DNA of 63,618 bases, the filler included, from Asterionella formosa (taxonomy: Eukaryota): the NCBI GenBank assembly GCA_002256025.1. It is 17 parts of 17 records of this genome, joined end to end, with 100 filler letters (N's around TTAATTAATTAA, not from the genome) between each part and the next. Parts side by side here need not be neighbours in the genome. Positions count along the whole stretch, not along the records: positions 1 to 3,658 come from NKIB01013988.1; positions 3,759 to 7,413 come from NKIB01013990.1; positions 7,514 to 11,169 come from NKIB01013991.1; 14 more parts are not named here. One strand, 5' to 3'. Both the position numbers and the translations under genes were made by a program. The notes beneath the pieces are model-generated. The model was not told where the DNA came from. It saw nothing but the letters and a program-made list of their open reading frames with translations, and did not search any database. Every line of letters begins with the position of its first letter. Position 1 is the first letter of the stretch. This document shows positions 1-10,969 of this stretch, piece after piece.

Positions 1-312
1 ATTTTCGCAATTTCACGTCGACAGCAACCTTTGGGCGATAATACCTAATTAAGAATGTACACAATGCAACAATACAAGTACGAAAGTATTTACTCGCAAT
101 ATAAATCTGAACAACTCGTTCTTGACAATAAATAGCGTATCTTGTAAACTAAGTTCAAACCGTGCGTTTACTCCGTTTAGCGGTGGCTTACAGTTTTTAA
201 GTGGTACCTGTTACCAGGTATTGTGCAAGACGAAAAGAATTACAACCAGCTAAGCTGTGCAGCACGATCATAACGCACCACGAAAAAAAAGGAGTCCTTT
301 CATAAATCAGCT

Positions 313-2755
313 ATGGCGATGAATTTCCCTCCTGCTTCATACGCCCGTACCCACCGTGATGCTCCAATTTTGAATGACCACGGCGTACAAGTTGAGCTCA
401 TAAAGAATGGACTCTGTCCTTATCATCCAGACATTCAGCTTCGCAAAAAGAAGAGATTTGGAGGTTGGAAGACTGTGCGAGACAGCTGCCCTAAATGCAA
501 TCGTCTGAATAGTACCCAAGGTCCTACTGCTCCAGAGACTCCAATGCCTCAGCAGTATCTTTCTTTGACAGAAACCCGAATTCAAACCGCTTCAATTCCG
601 TCTCCGATTGCTGCAATTCTTTCAAAGATGCAAATGAATGAACGGAATGCTGACATTCAAATAAAATGTTGTTCAGAACTTTGTGACTTGGCTGCAAATA
701 ATGACAAAAACAAGGTAACGATTGCTGAAGCAGGAGGTATCATTACGATTCTGTCTGCAATGAAGACTCATTCCTCAAATGCTAATGTGAAACACCATGG
801 TTGTGAAGGACTTATGAACTTGGCTGTTAATGACAAGAACAAGGAGACGATTGATGAAGCAGGAGGTATCATTACGATTCTGTCTGCAATGAAGACTCAT
901 TCCTCAAATGCTACTGTGCAAGAGAATGGTTGTGGAGCACTTAGGAACTTGGCTAGTAATAATGACAACAACCAGGTGACGATTGCTGAAACAGGAGGTA
1001 TCACTACAATTCTGGCCGCAATGAAGACTCATTCCTCAAATGCTAATGTACAAGAGTATGGTTGTGGAGCACTTGATAACTTGGCTGATAGTAATGAAAA
1101 CAACAAGGTGGCAATTGCTGATGCAGCAGGTATCCCTATGATTCTGTCAGCTATGAATAATTATTCAACCAATGCTAATGTACAATATCAAGGTTGTTCA
1201 GCATTATGGAAATTGGCTGACAATAATGAATACAACAAGGTGACGATTGCCGAAGCAGGAGGTATTCCTACAATTCTATCTGCGATGTATAACCATTTCT
1301 CTAATCTTAACGTGCAATACTGTGGTTGTGCAGCACTTATGAAGTTGGCTACTAATAATGAAAGCATCAAGCTGATAATTGCCAATGCTGGTGGAGAAGA
1401 TGCAATTAAATCTGCTATTCGAAATCACTCATCCAATGCTGGTGTCTGGGAAAAAGGTCATGAAGCACTTCATATGATTCAACCAATTTCAACAACATCC
1501 AAGAGAGCGCATGTTACTTCCTTAACCACTCCAACACCAAGCAGTAGTAATTCAACTGATCTCATTTCTGAAGATCTCATTTCCATAGGTCGATCGAAAA
1601 TGAAGGCAGCTGTGGACAATGTGGATTCAAGGCCAATCGAGCTTCCTGTTGAATTCATTACTTATTGTACAAACAATTTTGCTGAAGACAGAAAACTTGG
1701 TCAAGGAGCTTTTGGTGCTGTCTACAAAGGCATGGATGACAATCGGTATTTTGCTGTTAAATGTATTCTATTCAATATTGCTGTTGAGAAAAATAAGGTG
1801 GAGGAAGTTACCAAGGGTTTTAAAAGAGAATTGCAGGTGAGCTCATTTGTGGTATCAAATATTGCATTTCGTTTCAAGTCTTTATGTTTCTCATTCTACT
1901 GTCATACTGTTTCAGGTCTTGAAGAGGTTCCGACACCCCAATATTGTAACTTTGTATGGCTATCATTTGTCCCCTAATTCGCCTAATCAATACCTTGTGT
2001 TTGAGTATGCATCCAATGGTTCTCTTGATACATTCTATAGGAGTGAACAAAAAAGAGCAAGTCTCTCAAGTAAGATCCGACTTCGAATCATGTTCGAAAT
2101 CTTTTGTGCCATCCACTACCTTCATACTGGTACAAAGGACAACCTTGGTCTGTTTCATCGTGATATCAAGTCATCTAATAGCTGCCTTGATCAGAACTAT
2201 ACTGCCAAGCTGATTGATTGTGGTCTAGCCAAATTTGTTCTTGTGGATGACTCCATTGAAACCAGTGCAAATTCTTTTTCAGTTCAGATCACATCAACTG
2301 ATGAAATCTTTGGGTCACGTGGCTACATGTGTCCATGGTATTCTAGGGGAGATAATAAATTTGAAGCATCATGTGATGTTTACTCATTTGGCATTGTCAT
2401 GATTGAGCTTGTGACAGGCTGCATCCAAAATGATAAGAGAAAGTTGGGTAATTTCTCTGAACGCTACTTCCCAAGTGATTTTGAAGGAAACGCTAATGAG
2501 GCATTGGAATTGGCAATTCCAAAACTGGTGAAGGATGTTGATCCTCTAGCATGGGAATGGGACGATGGAATTCTGGCCTCTGTGTGCTCATTAGCCATTC
2601 GTTGCATTCAGATCAATCGCATGAGGAGGCCAACAACTTTTGAATTGGTTGTTAAGTTGGGTCAACTTGTAAGGCCAACAGATCATAATGGGTTATGTGA
2701 ATCACCACAAATGATAATTGCCTTTGACAATCATAACCTGAATGATAGCACCTAA
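313..2755 (+). CDS. Cytoplasmic ARM-repeat + IRAK/Pelle-like protein kinase (exons 313-1836 and 1916-2755, 787 aa; possible further intron 2669-2748 and exon 2749-2820)
   Basis: A phase-0 GTGAG...TTCAG intron (1837-1915, 79 nt) joins RELQ to VLKRFRHPNIV. Kinase motifs GQGAFGAVYKG, FAVK, HRDIKSSN, IDCGLAK, GSRGYMCP and DVYSFG are present, with about 7 ARM-like 43-44-aa repeats upstream. No signal peptide or TM segment is apparent. Confidence 0.9.
607..1479 (+). repeat. Coding tandem ARM-like repeats, about 132-nt unit, about 7 copies including N- and C-caps
   Basis: Recurrent TIAEAGGIxTILSAMKTHSSNANVQxxGCxALxxLA. DNA units are nearly identical (e.g. gaagcaggaggtatcattacgattctgtctgcaatgaagactcattcctcaaatgcta twice). 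Confidence 0.9.
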
Positions 2756-2816
2756 CTATGTGTCTTGTATGCCAAGATTCTACTTTGTGGGAATTGCAAT
2801 GCAAAGCTGATATAAG

Positions 2817-2835
2817 TTAGGGTTAAGGGTTAGGG
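2817..2835 (+). repeat. Short interstitial telomere-like repeat (TTAGGG TTAAGGG TTAGGG)
   Basis: Read directly. Lies at essentially the same position after the kinase cassette as the long array at 29870. Confidence 0.7.
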
Positions 2836-3027
2836 CAAAGGGACGCCTCTAGGCGCCATCCCTATAGAGCATCCAGCCCCACTAGGGCTGGGCATGTATC
2901 TGTAGCACACAGTATGATTAATTCTATAGATAGAAACTGGTATGAGAATGAATGTGTTAGTATCGGTCTTTTTTGTTGGATATGAAGATAATGTAGAAGT
3001 GCACTGTGTTATACTTACCAGAGTGAT

Positions 3028-3299
3028 GGCTATGTGAAAATGTTATACATTATTTTTATTTTGTTATGCATGTCTTGTATAAAATCTCCACCATCGTTGA
3101 ATTCTACATGCAAGCTACAAATTCATTCAGTCATCAAAAACATGCCGGAACTTTGGCATATATAACATACCATAAAGCATAAAAGTAACAACAAATATTG
3201 GCACTTCACCATGTCAATCGCGACGCAAGCGCACATGCGAAATTTTATACAAGACATGCATAACAAAATGAAAATAATGTATAACATTTTCACATAGCC
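3028..3299. mobile_element. MITE-like element with 58-bp TIRs (GGC...GCC), flanked by AT/AT
   Basis: 3026-3085 and 3242-3301 are reverse complements with one mismatch; no coding capacity. The AT flanks would fit an ISL2EU/Harbinger-related TSD (inference). Confidence 0.7.
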
Positions 3300-3658
3300 A
3301 TATAGGAAAAATCATTATAGTATACGGATCATCATTTCAAATCATTACTGATCACCAGTACAAATCTACAAAGAAACAAAATTAAAGAGTTAGCATTGTC
3401 GTACAACGATTAAAAATTGACATCAAAAACAAACACACCATGACAAACACACCATCCATTGTTTCTCAATCAATTCTTCTCCAATTCGAACAGTCTTTAA
3501 TGAATTCAATGAATTGATTGAGAAACAATGTATTTTCTCATTACTTTACGTTTTACACTTTTGCAGGGCAGCATCATTGTCGGAGAATTCTTCTGATGCA
3601 TTACATAAATCTCGAGCTTCTTTGCATCCAATTACTTGCTTGCGGAGTCTCAAACTTC

Positions 3659-3758
3659 NNNNNNNNNNNNNNNNNNNNNNNNNNNNNNNNNNNNNNNNNN
3701 NNTTAATTAATTAANNNNNNNNNNNNNNNNNNNNNNNNNNNNNNNNNNNNNNNNNNNN
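3659..3758. other. Artificial contig-joining spacer N44-TTAATTAATTAA-N44 (one of 16)
   Basis: Identical 100-nt spacer with stops in all six frames at 3659, 7414, 11170, 14926, 18681, 22435, 26189, 29940, 33690, 37437, 41177, 44920, 48663, 52404, 56144 and 59882. The intervening contigs are all about 3.65 kb and roughly size-ordered. Confidence 0.99.
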
Positions 3759-6584
3759 TTTGGATAGGAGGACTGTCCTCATCAGGTTCTTCAATCACTT
3801 CTGGAGGTTCTGGCTCCTCCAAAATCAACTCAGGGTCATAAATTTCACTCATAGTCAATCTGATATCGTTGGTAGCATTCGTTATGTCTGCCCAAGCATA
3901 AATATCTCTTGTTTCAACCACTTTACTGGTTACTGGATTGTACATACGATACACATCCCTGGCATGGTTCTCACCATAGTAGCCAATCACTACCATGGGA
4001 TTTGCTTTCTCTTTGAACTTCCCTTTCATTGTGGACCTGTTTGTAACATAACCAACTCTTCCAAACTCAATCAAGTGTGTGTAGATGTCACTTGGTTTTC
4101 CATAAAATAACTCATCAGGTGGTACTGCACTTCGGGTGTTTGGAAGGGAATTTCCTAGTATTGCTGCTGTTTTTGTCGCTTCAGCCCATAATTTAGCTTG
4201 CATCTCTTTGGTCCATGCAGCAGATATCATCATTGCCAGTGCACGCTTTGCATCACGTGAAAACATCCTTTCCACCACTCCATTGTGCTGTGGTGTGTGA
4301 GGTGCTGTGTACTCCAACTGAACTCCATATTCTCCTTCACATATTTTTCGTAATTCAAACATATGCTCGCCCGCATTGTCACACCGTAGATATTTTACTG
4401 GCTTCCCAGCAGCCTTCAACTTGTCCAAAATTTCCTTCAGTACTTTTGTTATGCCATTCTTTCTTGCTCCATAAAAATCCCATGACTTCCTTGTTTTGTC
4501 ATCAACAAATTATACCAATAACGTGACCCCATCACTGTCTCTGAATATGGGCCACTTGTATCCATGTAGATTCTCTCGCCAGGTTTTTCTGCTACCTCTG
4601 TAGTCACCTTGTTTGTTCGTTTCTGGGTAGCTTTTGCTCGTGCACAGCCATCACACACCAACATTTTTCCAACTGGTATAATCTTAAGTGCTTGCAGCAT
4701 TTTTCGCACCACTTTTTCTGTTGCATGCCCGAATTTTCTGTGTGCCTCATTAATGTTTATTAGTTCTCTTTTCTGTTTCTTGATCATTCCATCATCATTT
4801 TTAATTTCTTCAATATTGTAGACCTCTTTTGCTCCAGCAACAAGCTGTGCAATCAGATAAGCCATACCATCGGTTCCTGTCTCAAAACTCATGATGCCAC
4901 CAGAATCATTTAATATCTTGGATCCTTCTTTTCCAGCCACAAATTCGTTTCCTTTCTCTGTCAACCTGCCAACACTTATCAAATTTCGAGCAAAACCGGG
5001 AACAACCATCACTTTTTCCAATTTCAGTGTTTTCTTTGTGTCCTTCTGCTCCAGAGTTAAATCACCAATCGCTGTTGCCTTAAGGGTTTCATTGTTTCCA
5101 ACCCTCACATGCTCACCTTCAGTTGCTGTCTGCAAATTACTCATTTTTATAGTGTTGATGGACACATGGGTTGTTGCCCCTGAGTCAACAAGCCAGCTTT
5201 CATGTCCACTCTCTGTGACAGGGCTCATGGTTTTCAATGAATTTGTAGCAAAAACTTCCTCATCCCACATCCATTCTGCTCCATGGCTTGTTTTCTCCAT
5301 CTGGTAAATAATTCCTTTCTCATCAACAATTCCTCTGATCTCATTTTCGTCGACATCGTCATATTCCTCCTCATCACTTGTCTCACACATATCAGCCCAG
5401 CTCATGGTCTTTTTCTCTACTTTCTTCTTTTGGCTTTTCACTTGTTGGAACTTGTTGTATTTTCTTGGTTTCCACTTAAATTCTCTTATGTCTTTCAAGA
5501 CACTTCTCTTCTTCCTGTTATAGTCTGCAATTTCTTGCAAAAGTTCAATTGCGAATTTATTTGTGTCAAAATACTCTGTTTTAGCTTCTTGATTCTTCTT
5601 GACATCATCCTCCCGGATATCAGGTCCATGGATTGTCATACCAACAAACATACCAGACTCTTCCTTCTTTGGACAATCTCTTGCACTGTGTCCAAATCCA
5701 CCGCAGCTGTAGCACTTCACCTTCGGTCTTTCAATGTCTTTCTCTCCACTGTTGTTGCTGTTGCCAGTGCTTCTGCAGTCTCTTGCTCTGTGGCCTTGTC
5801 TTCCACACTTGTTGCATTTACCTTTAAAGGTTCTCCAGGCACCTTTTCCACTTGTAGTATTCAGAGCCAGATGCTTTCCTCTTTCCTTGTTCTCTCTTTG
5901 ATCTTGATTTTCGCGATTTTGACGATTTTTGAATGGCTCCACAAACATCTCATAGTGGCCAATGATCTCAGCAATGAAGTCCTTATTGTCAAATCCTTTT
6001 GTACCAATCTTTCCATTTAGAGATGTAATTACTGATTCATATCTTCGTTTTGGTAGTCTTGCTAATATAGTTGCTTGCATTTGCTCTTCACTGCGTCTTG
6101 ATCCATTTTCGCACTTTTCCACTTCTCTGTTCAATCGTTCCATTTCGACAATCCAAAGGTAGGGATCATCTATGTCTAATTTCATGTAACACTTTTCAAG
6201 CTTGGTTGTTGCTTTTACCAAATCTTTTGTCTTCTTTGAGTCGTACCGGTTCTTGAGAGCTTGAAACATTTGGTATGCTGTTTCATATGATTCAATGATT
6301 GCAAAAGCATCACCTCTGCATGACATAATAAGAAAATGCTTTGCTTCATCATCTTGTCTCACCAACTCCATCTCTTCTTTTGTCAAATCTTCTTTCTCTG
6401 CCCAACTTGGAAGAACTACTTCTTCGAGTAACACCTTCTTGAAACCCTTTGTTGCAGCAAATACCTCAGCCTTCTTGAAAAATTCTCGGGGTTCAACTCC
6501 CCCCTTTGTAGTGTCAGTTCCATAAAAAGGAATGACCTTGACCGACTCCAGGACTGTTCCAGCCTTCTTTGCTTCACTCATCAT
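3759..6584 (-). mobile_element. Ty1/copia LTR retrotransposon gag-protease-integrase region (frameshifted, 3' truncated by contig end)
   Basis: Two CX2CX4HX4C knuckles (CNKCGRQGHRARDC, CYSCGGFGHSARDC), protease WLVDSGAT, HRKFGH..CDGC pre-integrase zinc finger, and integrase core YMDTSGP / LRCDNAGE / PQHNGVVER in copia order. Frameshift near 4500. Confidence 0.93.
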
Positions 6585-9027
6585 TTGCACAATCACTTCT
6601 TGACTTCCTGACCTTAACTTCCACAAGTAATCGTTTTTAAAAACGTGTTGAGATGTTCCAGATCTCCTTGATTGTACTTACACGTCTAGTGTCCAGTACT
6701 ACTAGTTCTCCACTAGCTAGTTTTCGACAACACTTTAATCTACTTTTAGATTAACCTCTTTCAATGTTGTGATTACTTCAGATTACTTTTTCTATCAATC
6801 TTACCAAATTCTATCAATCCTGCCAAATTACTTGGTCTTACCAAATTGATCTTGTTTCACAAATCTTACTTTCTTGGATTTGTTCTTCACCTCAATCCAC
6901 TCTTTCTCATTGGTCGACTTCATACGATTTGCAATTCCAATCGTCTCAGTCTTATCATTTAATCTTGCATGTTGGACTTGCTCTGTAGGAATTGCTATTC
7001 CATTTACGAATCCCGCATATATTTTCCTGAACTGACCTTCTTGTTCCATGGAATTCCTCACCATGACTGTCGGTTGTGCAGACTGTGCAGACTGTGCAGT
7101 CATTGCAGTACTAGATATACTACTGTCTGCTAACAGTAGTCGTTTATCCTCAACAGATACAATTGTACTTGTACCCGTTCATGCTCATTACCGGTACATA
7201 CGAACAACGTGCCGATTGTAAATATCGTTTTACTGTTCGTGACCGTCATCTACCGTTACTCGTTACACGTATCATACATTTCGGCATTCCGGTATATTAC
7301 CGGTACTTTGGTTTTTAAAATCCTCCCCGCTTGCATGATGGCTGGATCATTTTCCAAATACCGGTATAAGTACCGGTAGGCAGAACAAGATACTATTTTT
7401 TAATTCTATATGCNNNNNNNNNNNNNNNNNNNNNNNNNNNNNNNNNNNNNNNNNNNNTTAATTAATTAANNNNNNNNNNNNNNNNNNNNNNNNNNNNNNN
7501 NNNNNNNNNNNNNATATATACAATCGAAACAAGACGACAGTGCGGAACGACAAACAATGGCGGAACAAGGGATCAAAACAAACCACGGAAGCAATCAAAT
7601 CGGAAAGTCGATAAATACGATCTACAATCCACAATCAGTGTTTCACTGTTGTACTCACCGATCCGCTTCAACTAGCATAACAAGCAGCAGACGATGGGAT
7701 CAAAGAAAGACGAACGATGCCTATTGCAAGCCCGAAAAAAGCAAAGGCAGGCAAGATAGAGTGAGAACTATAATTGTGAGGACGAAATCGGGCATACGGT
7801 ACGTAAAATCAATGAATATGATGTGAGCGATATAATTTAACATTCTGGTCTCGTAAAATTTAATACTAAGTCTACAGAGATAATATTATATCGTGTTCAA
7901 AGTAAGCGTTAAAGAATAGCTTAAACCATGCATGGCTGCTTGTTTTTAGTACCATGTACGTAAGTAGACTAGATAAACAAGAGCTTGTCTGGTCGTATCA
8001 GGTCGTATTTTGTATCTAACCCAAACTTCATTTGCATGTTCAAGAATTAATCCTTCCTTGCTGAGCGAGCTTGCCTTTTGTAATTGCCTTCATGGCAATA
8101 ACTCCCTCACCATCTCTTCATAAACTTCATTGCACATGGTTTCGAAATTCCGGAAAATGCACCTATTGGCTCTCTTGGATTCAAATTTCACTGCACTCTT
8201 GCTCGTCACAAGGTGTTTGTTTCTCCTTATGAATACCTACCAATATCCCACTCCGAGTTGACAGTTTTCATGTATTCGATAATGTATGTTGTGCTTCTCT
8301 TTCCATGCTCTTAATTTGTCCGAGGCGGGGTCCCTTCAATAATTGAGTTGGAAAGTTATTGAAGGCCCTTGGCAACAGTGATTGGAATGCGCGTTTTAGA
8401 AAGTTGGATAATCAGTTGCACCAACTAGTAAGGTTCAATTTCGAGCATGGGCGACGGGTTCCCTTGTTTCAAGGAGGTGGCAGCATAATTATTTCTCTTA
8501 GCACGTGTACGGACTATGAAGGAACTGCTATAGGCGGAAAGAAAAACTTGGTTCTTCTGTTTGTAAATTTGAATTATTTTGGTAAGTTCACCTCTTGCAA
8601 CATGGGTATTGTTATGGCAAGGTTTTTAACAACCTTGTATTGCTAGGAGGAGGTCTCGGCGATGGCACGTGCAATGTGTTGTTCATTATCTCGTGACATG
8701 GCTTTGGTGCTGCCTTTGGACGACCATCATGGGTGGCATCATCGTCATTAGTTTGACGAACATTCCCCACATCTTCACTATTTGCTTCTTGTTCTCTATC
8801 TTCATTATTTCTCACCGTTGCACCAATTTCCCGCCTGATTTAGCTTCTGCAAATGGTAATGGACCATAGCTTTTGTTAGCCAAGTCAGTGTAGCCGCCTT
8901 AGACGCAACATTATATGGCACCAGATCGCCTTTCACGTTTCTATTTCCAAGACTATGTTATTTAAAATAAGTGACACTCCAGTCTTATTCAAAGAATTAG
9001 TTATCACCTTGTACTTTTTGGATGGTT

Positions 9028-9140
9028 GAGGCTGTGTCCTTGCTGAATGCAATACACGCCCGAGGTGGTCTCGTGCCTGCGAGTATTCACGTGTTCGAGG
9101 CTGGGTGGCGTGAGTAGGTTGACCATACGAGTGGCGCCCC
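9028..9140 (+). repeat. Diverged partial copy (5' arm) of the CGAG-periodic hairpin element at 59710-59881
   Basis: cgagtattcacgtgttcgaggctgggtggcgtgagtaggttgaccatacgagtggcgccc aligns to the reverse complement of 59820-59881. Confidence 0.8.
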
Positions 9141-9914
9141 AATGATGAATGTTGCCTCTGCACGGTCAGTTTGATGTGATTGTTACTCTTTCTTATATTT
9201 TACTTCTCACACCTCTTTCTCTTTTCTTAATTACAGCTTCTCATGAAAGAAAATTCAAGATTCAATGAAGAATTGTGGTTTTTTTCAAGGTCATGTTGCT
9301 GGCGCTTTTCTTGGATGATATTCTTTGTTGTTTCATGTTTGTCTTGCCTTTTGTTCATTGCAAACAATCACAAAAGTTGTCTAGCTTGTTCATCAGAAAC
9401 TTAAGTGCTTTATGACAGCTCAGATATAAAATAAGGTATGAACAAAGGCGATTGGTCTGTGCGCTTTGCCATTGCTATGGCATATTAATCTGCCTCTCTC
9501 CTCTTTGCAGGAATCATTGGTTCTCATCCAACAATAAATATCCATGTCCACCAGATGGTAGTGACACAGCAGCTAATGCTGTGATTCAAGACAAGGCTGC
9601 TGTAGTATAACGATTGTTTCTAGAAAATTTTGTTTTTGATCGAAGGTTTCCAACACAAGCAAGCAGAGCAGTGGTTCTATACCAGCATGCTGCTCAGCAA
9701 TTTTTGCAACTACTAGTATTTGGTAGCACTAGCAGCTAGTCATGATATAATGTAAATATAGTATTGGCATTCTCCTTCTTTCTCTTCATGGAAATTATAG
9801 TTGATTGCTGCAAACAATAATTGTGGTCATACGCGGTCTGCCCTACCTGTCAGGGCATTAGCCCATGGTCGCTCCACTTGCTTGCATATTATTCTGCTAT
9901 AAAAATACTGTCTA

Positions 9915-10969
9915 CCGTATAATTCATTGTCCTGCCCCCACGTCCATTTTTTCGAGGTGGCACCAAACACCCGATATTTTTCTAGACATAGACAAAGTAA
10001 AATGCTATAATTCTGTTGGTCCTCGTAGGCATTGGCATATAACTATTAAGCTACTATGATGTGGTTGCGTTTCCTTTGTACATATTAAACACTAGAGTAG
10101 ACAGTGGTTGTGAGCAACCGGAGAATCCTGCATTATGTTGTCGCAACCTTAACCATGATGAAAGTACTTCACCGCGAAAATTGAGAACGACTTTTTGCTA
10201 CTTGCTATGTATATAAAGCACGACATAGAAAATACAATCGTAGTTGAAGTAAAGTAATAACACTAATAATCACAACGAAAATTGAGATCGCTGATAGCAA
10301 CATGAAGTCGCGTTTTTCTTGCAAGATGAAGAACTTTCTCATTTTTTACTTTAAGGAGATAATGATGATATTAATATTTATTGGAAAAATGTGCGCCATC
10401 CTAGTATAGAATCGATAAAATTTACGTGGGTCCATTATAAGGAAATCTCTTTCCTTGCCTAACAGACACATTCTGACACCCTCCCCTGTTGATGCTCGAC
10501 ATACAACATCATCCTAATAATGTGTACCGGCGGTATGCTCGACACATCCTTTCCTACAGGAATTCTCGTAGTGCCTTCTCGTTTTCTACGTCTCTGTTTT
10601 TCTTTTTCTCTTCTCTTTTTTTTCCTGTTCTTGCTGATGGACTCGAACTGTCGACCTCTGGTTTTCACGTCCTTCCTCGTACCACTAGTACTAACGAGCC
10701 CGCTACCATGTTGAAATATATGGCGCTACTCTAGCGCGCTCCAGTACTGCCCTGGAATGACCGGTCAAGATCTTTCTCACGCCGCTCGTCTGCAAATTCT
10801 TCTGCTATATAAATCCTGTCTATTTCCGTTTAGACATTCCTCAGACTACCTAGTCTTCGGATACCTGTCGACATCAACAGCCTAACAGACACATTCTGAT
10901 ACCCCCCCCCGAAGGAAATTCAGTCAAGGCAGTGGACATTGGGGGGGGGCAGAACAATGAATTATACGG
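9915..10969. mobile_element. Tc1/mariner(pogo)-type MITE copy interrupted by a solo-LTR-like insertion
   Basis: TA|CCGTATAATTCATTGTCCTG at the left end and CAGAACAATGAATTATACGG at the right end. The interior is homologous (reverse orientation) to 51253-51908. Confidence 0.8.
10487..10879. mobile_element. Solo-LTR-like element (TGTTGATG...CATCAACA)
   Basis: TG...CA termini with a ~14-bp imperfect inverted repeat, bracketed by the direct repeat gcctaacagacacattctga plus a C-run. A second copy of its right end lies at about 11000-11103. Confidence 0.55.

Noticed and set aside
1837..1977. Separate 554-aa and 302-aa ORFs or a programmed frameshift
   Set aside because: Explained by a canonical 79-nt GT-AG intron conserved in the paralogue at 28891-28969.
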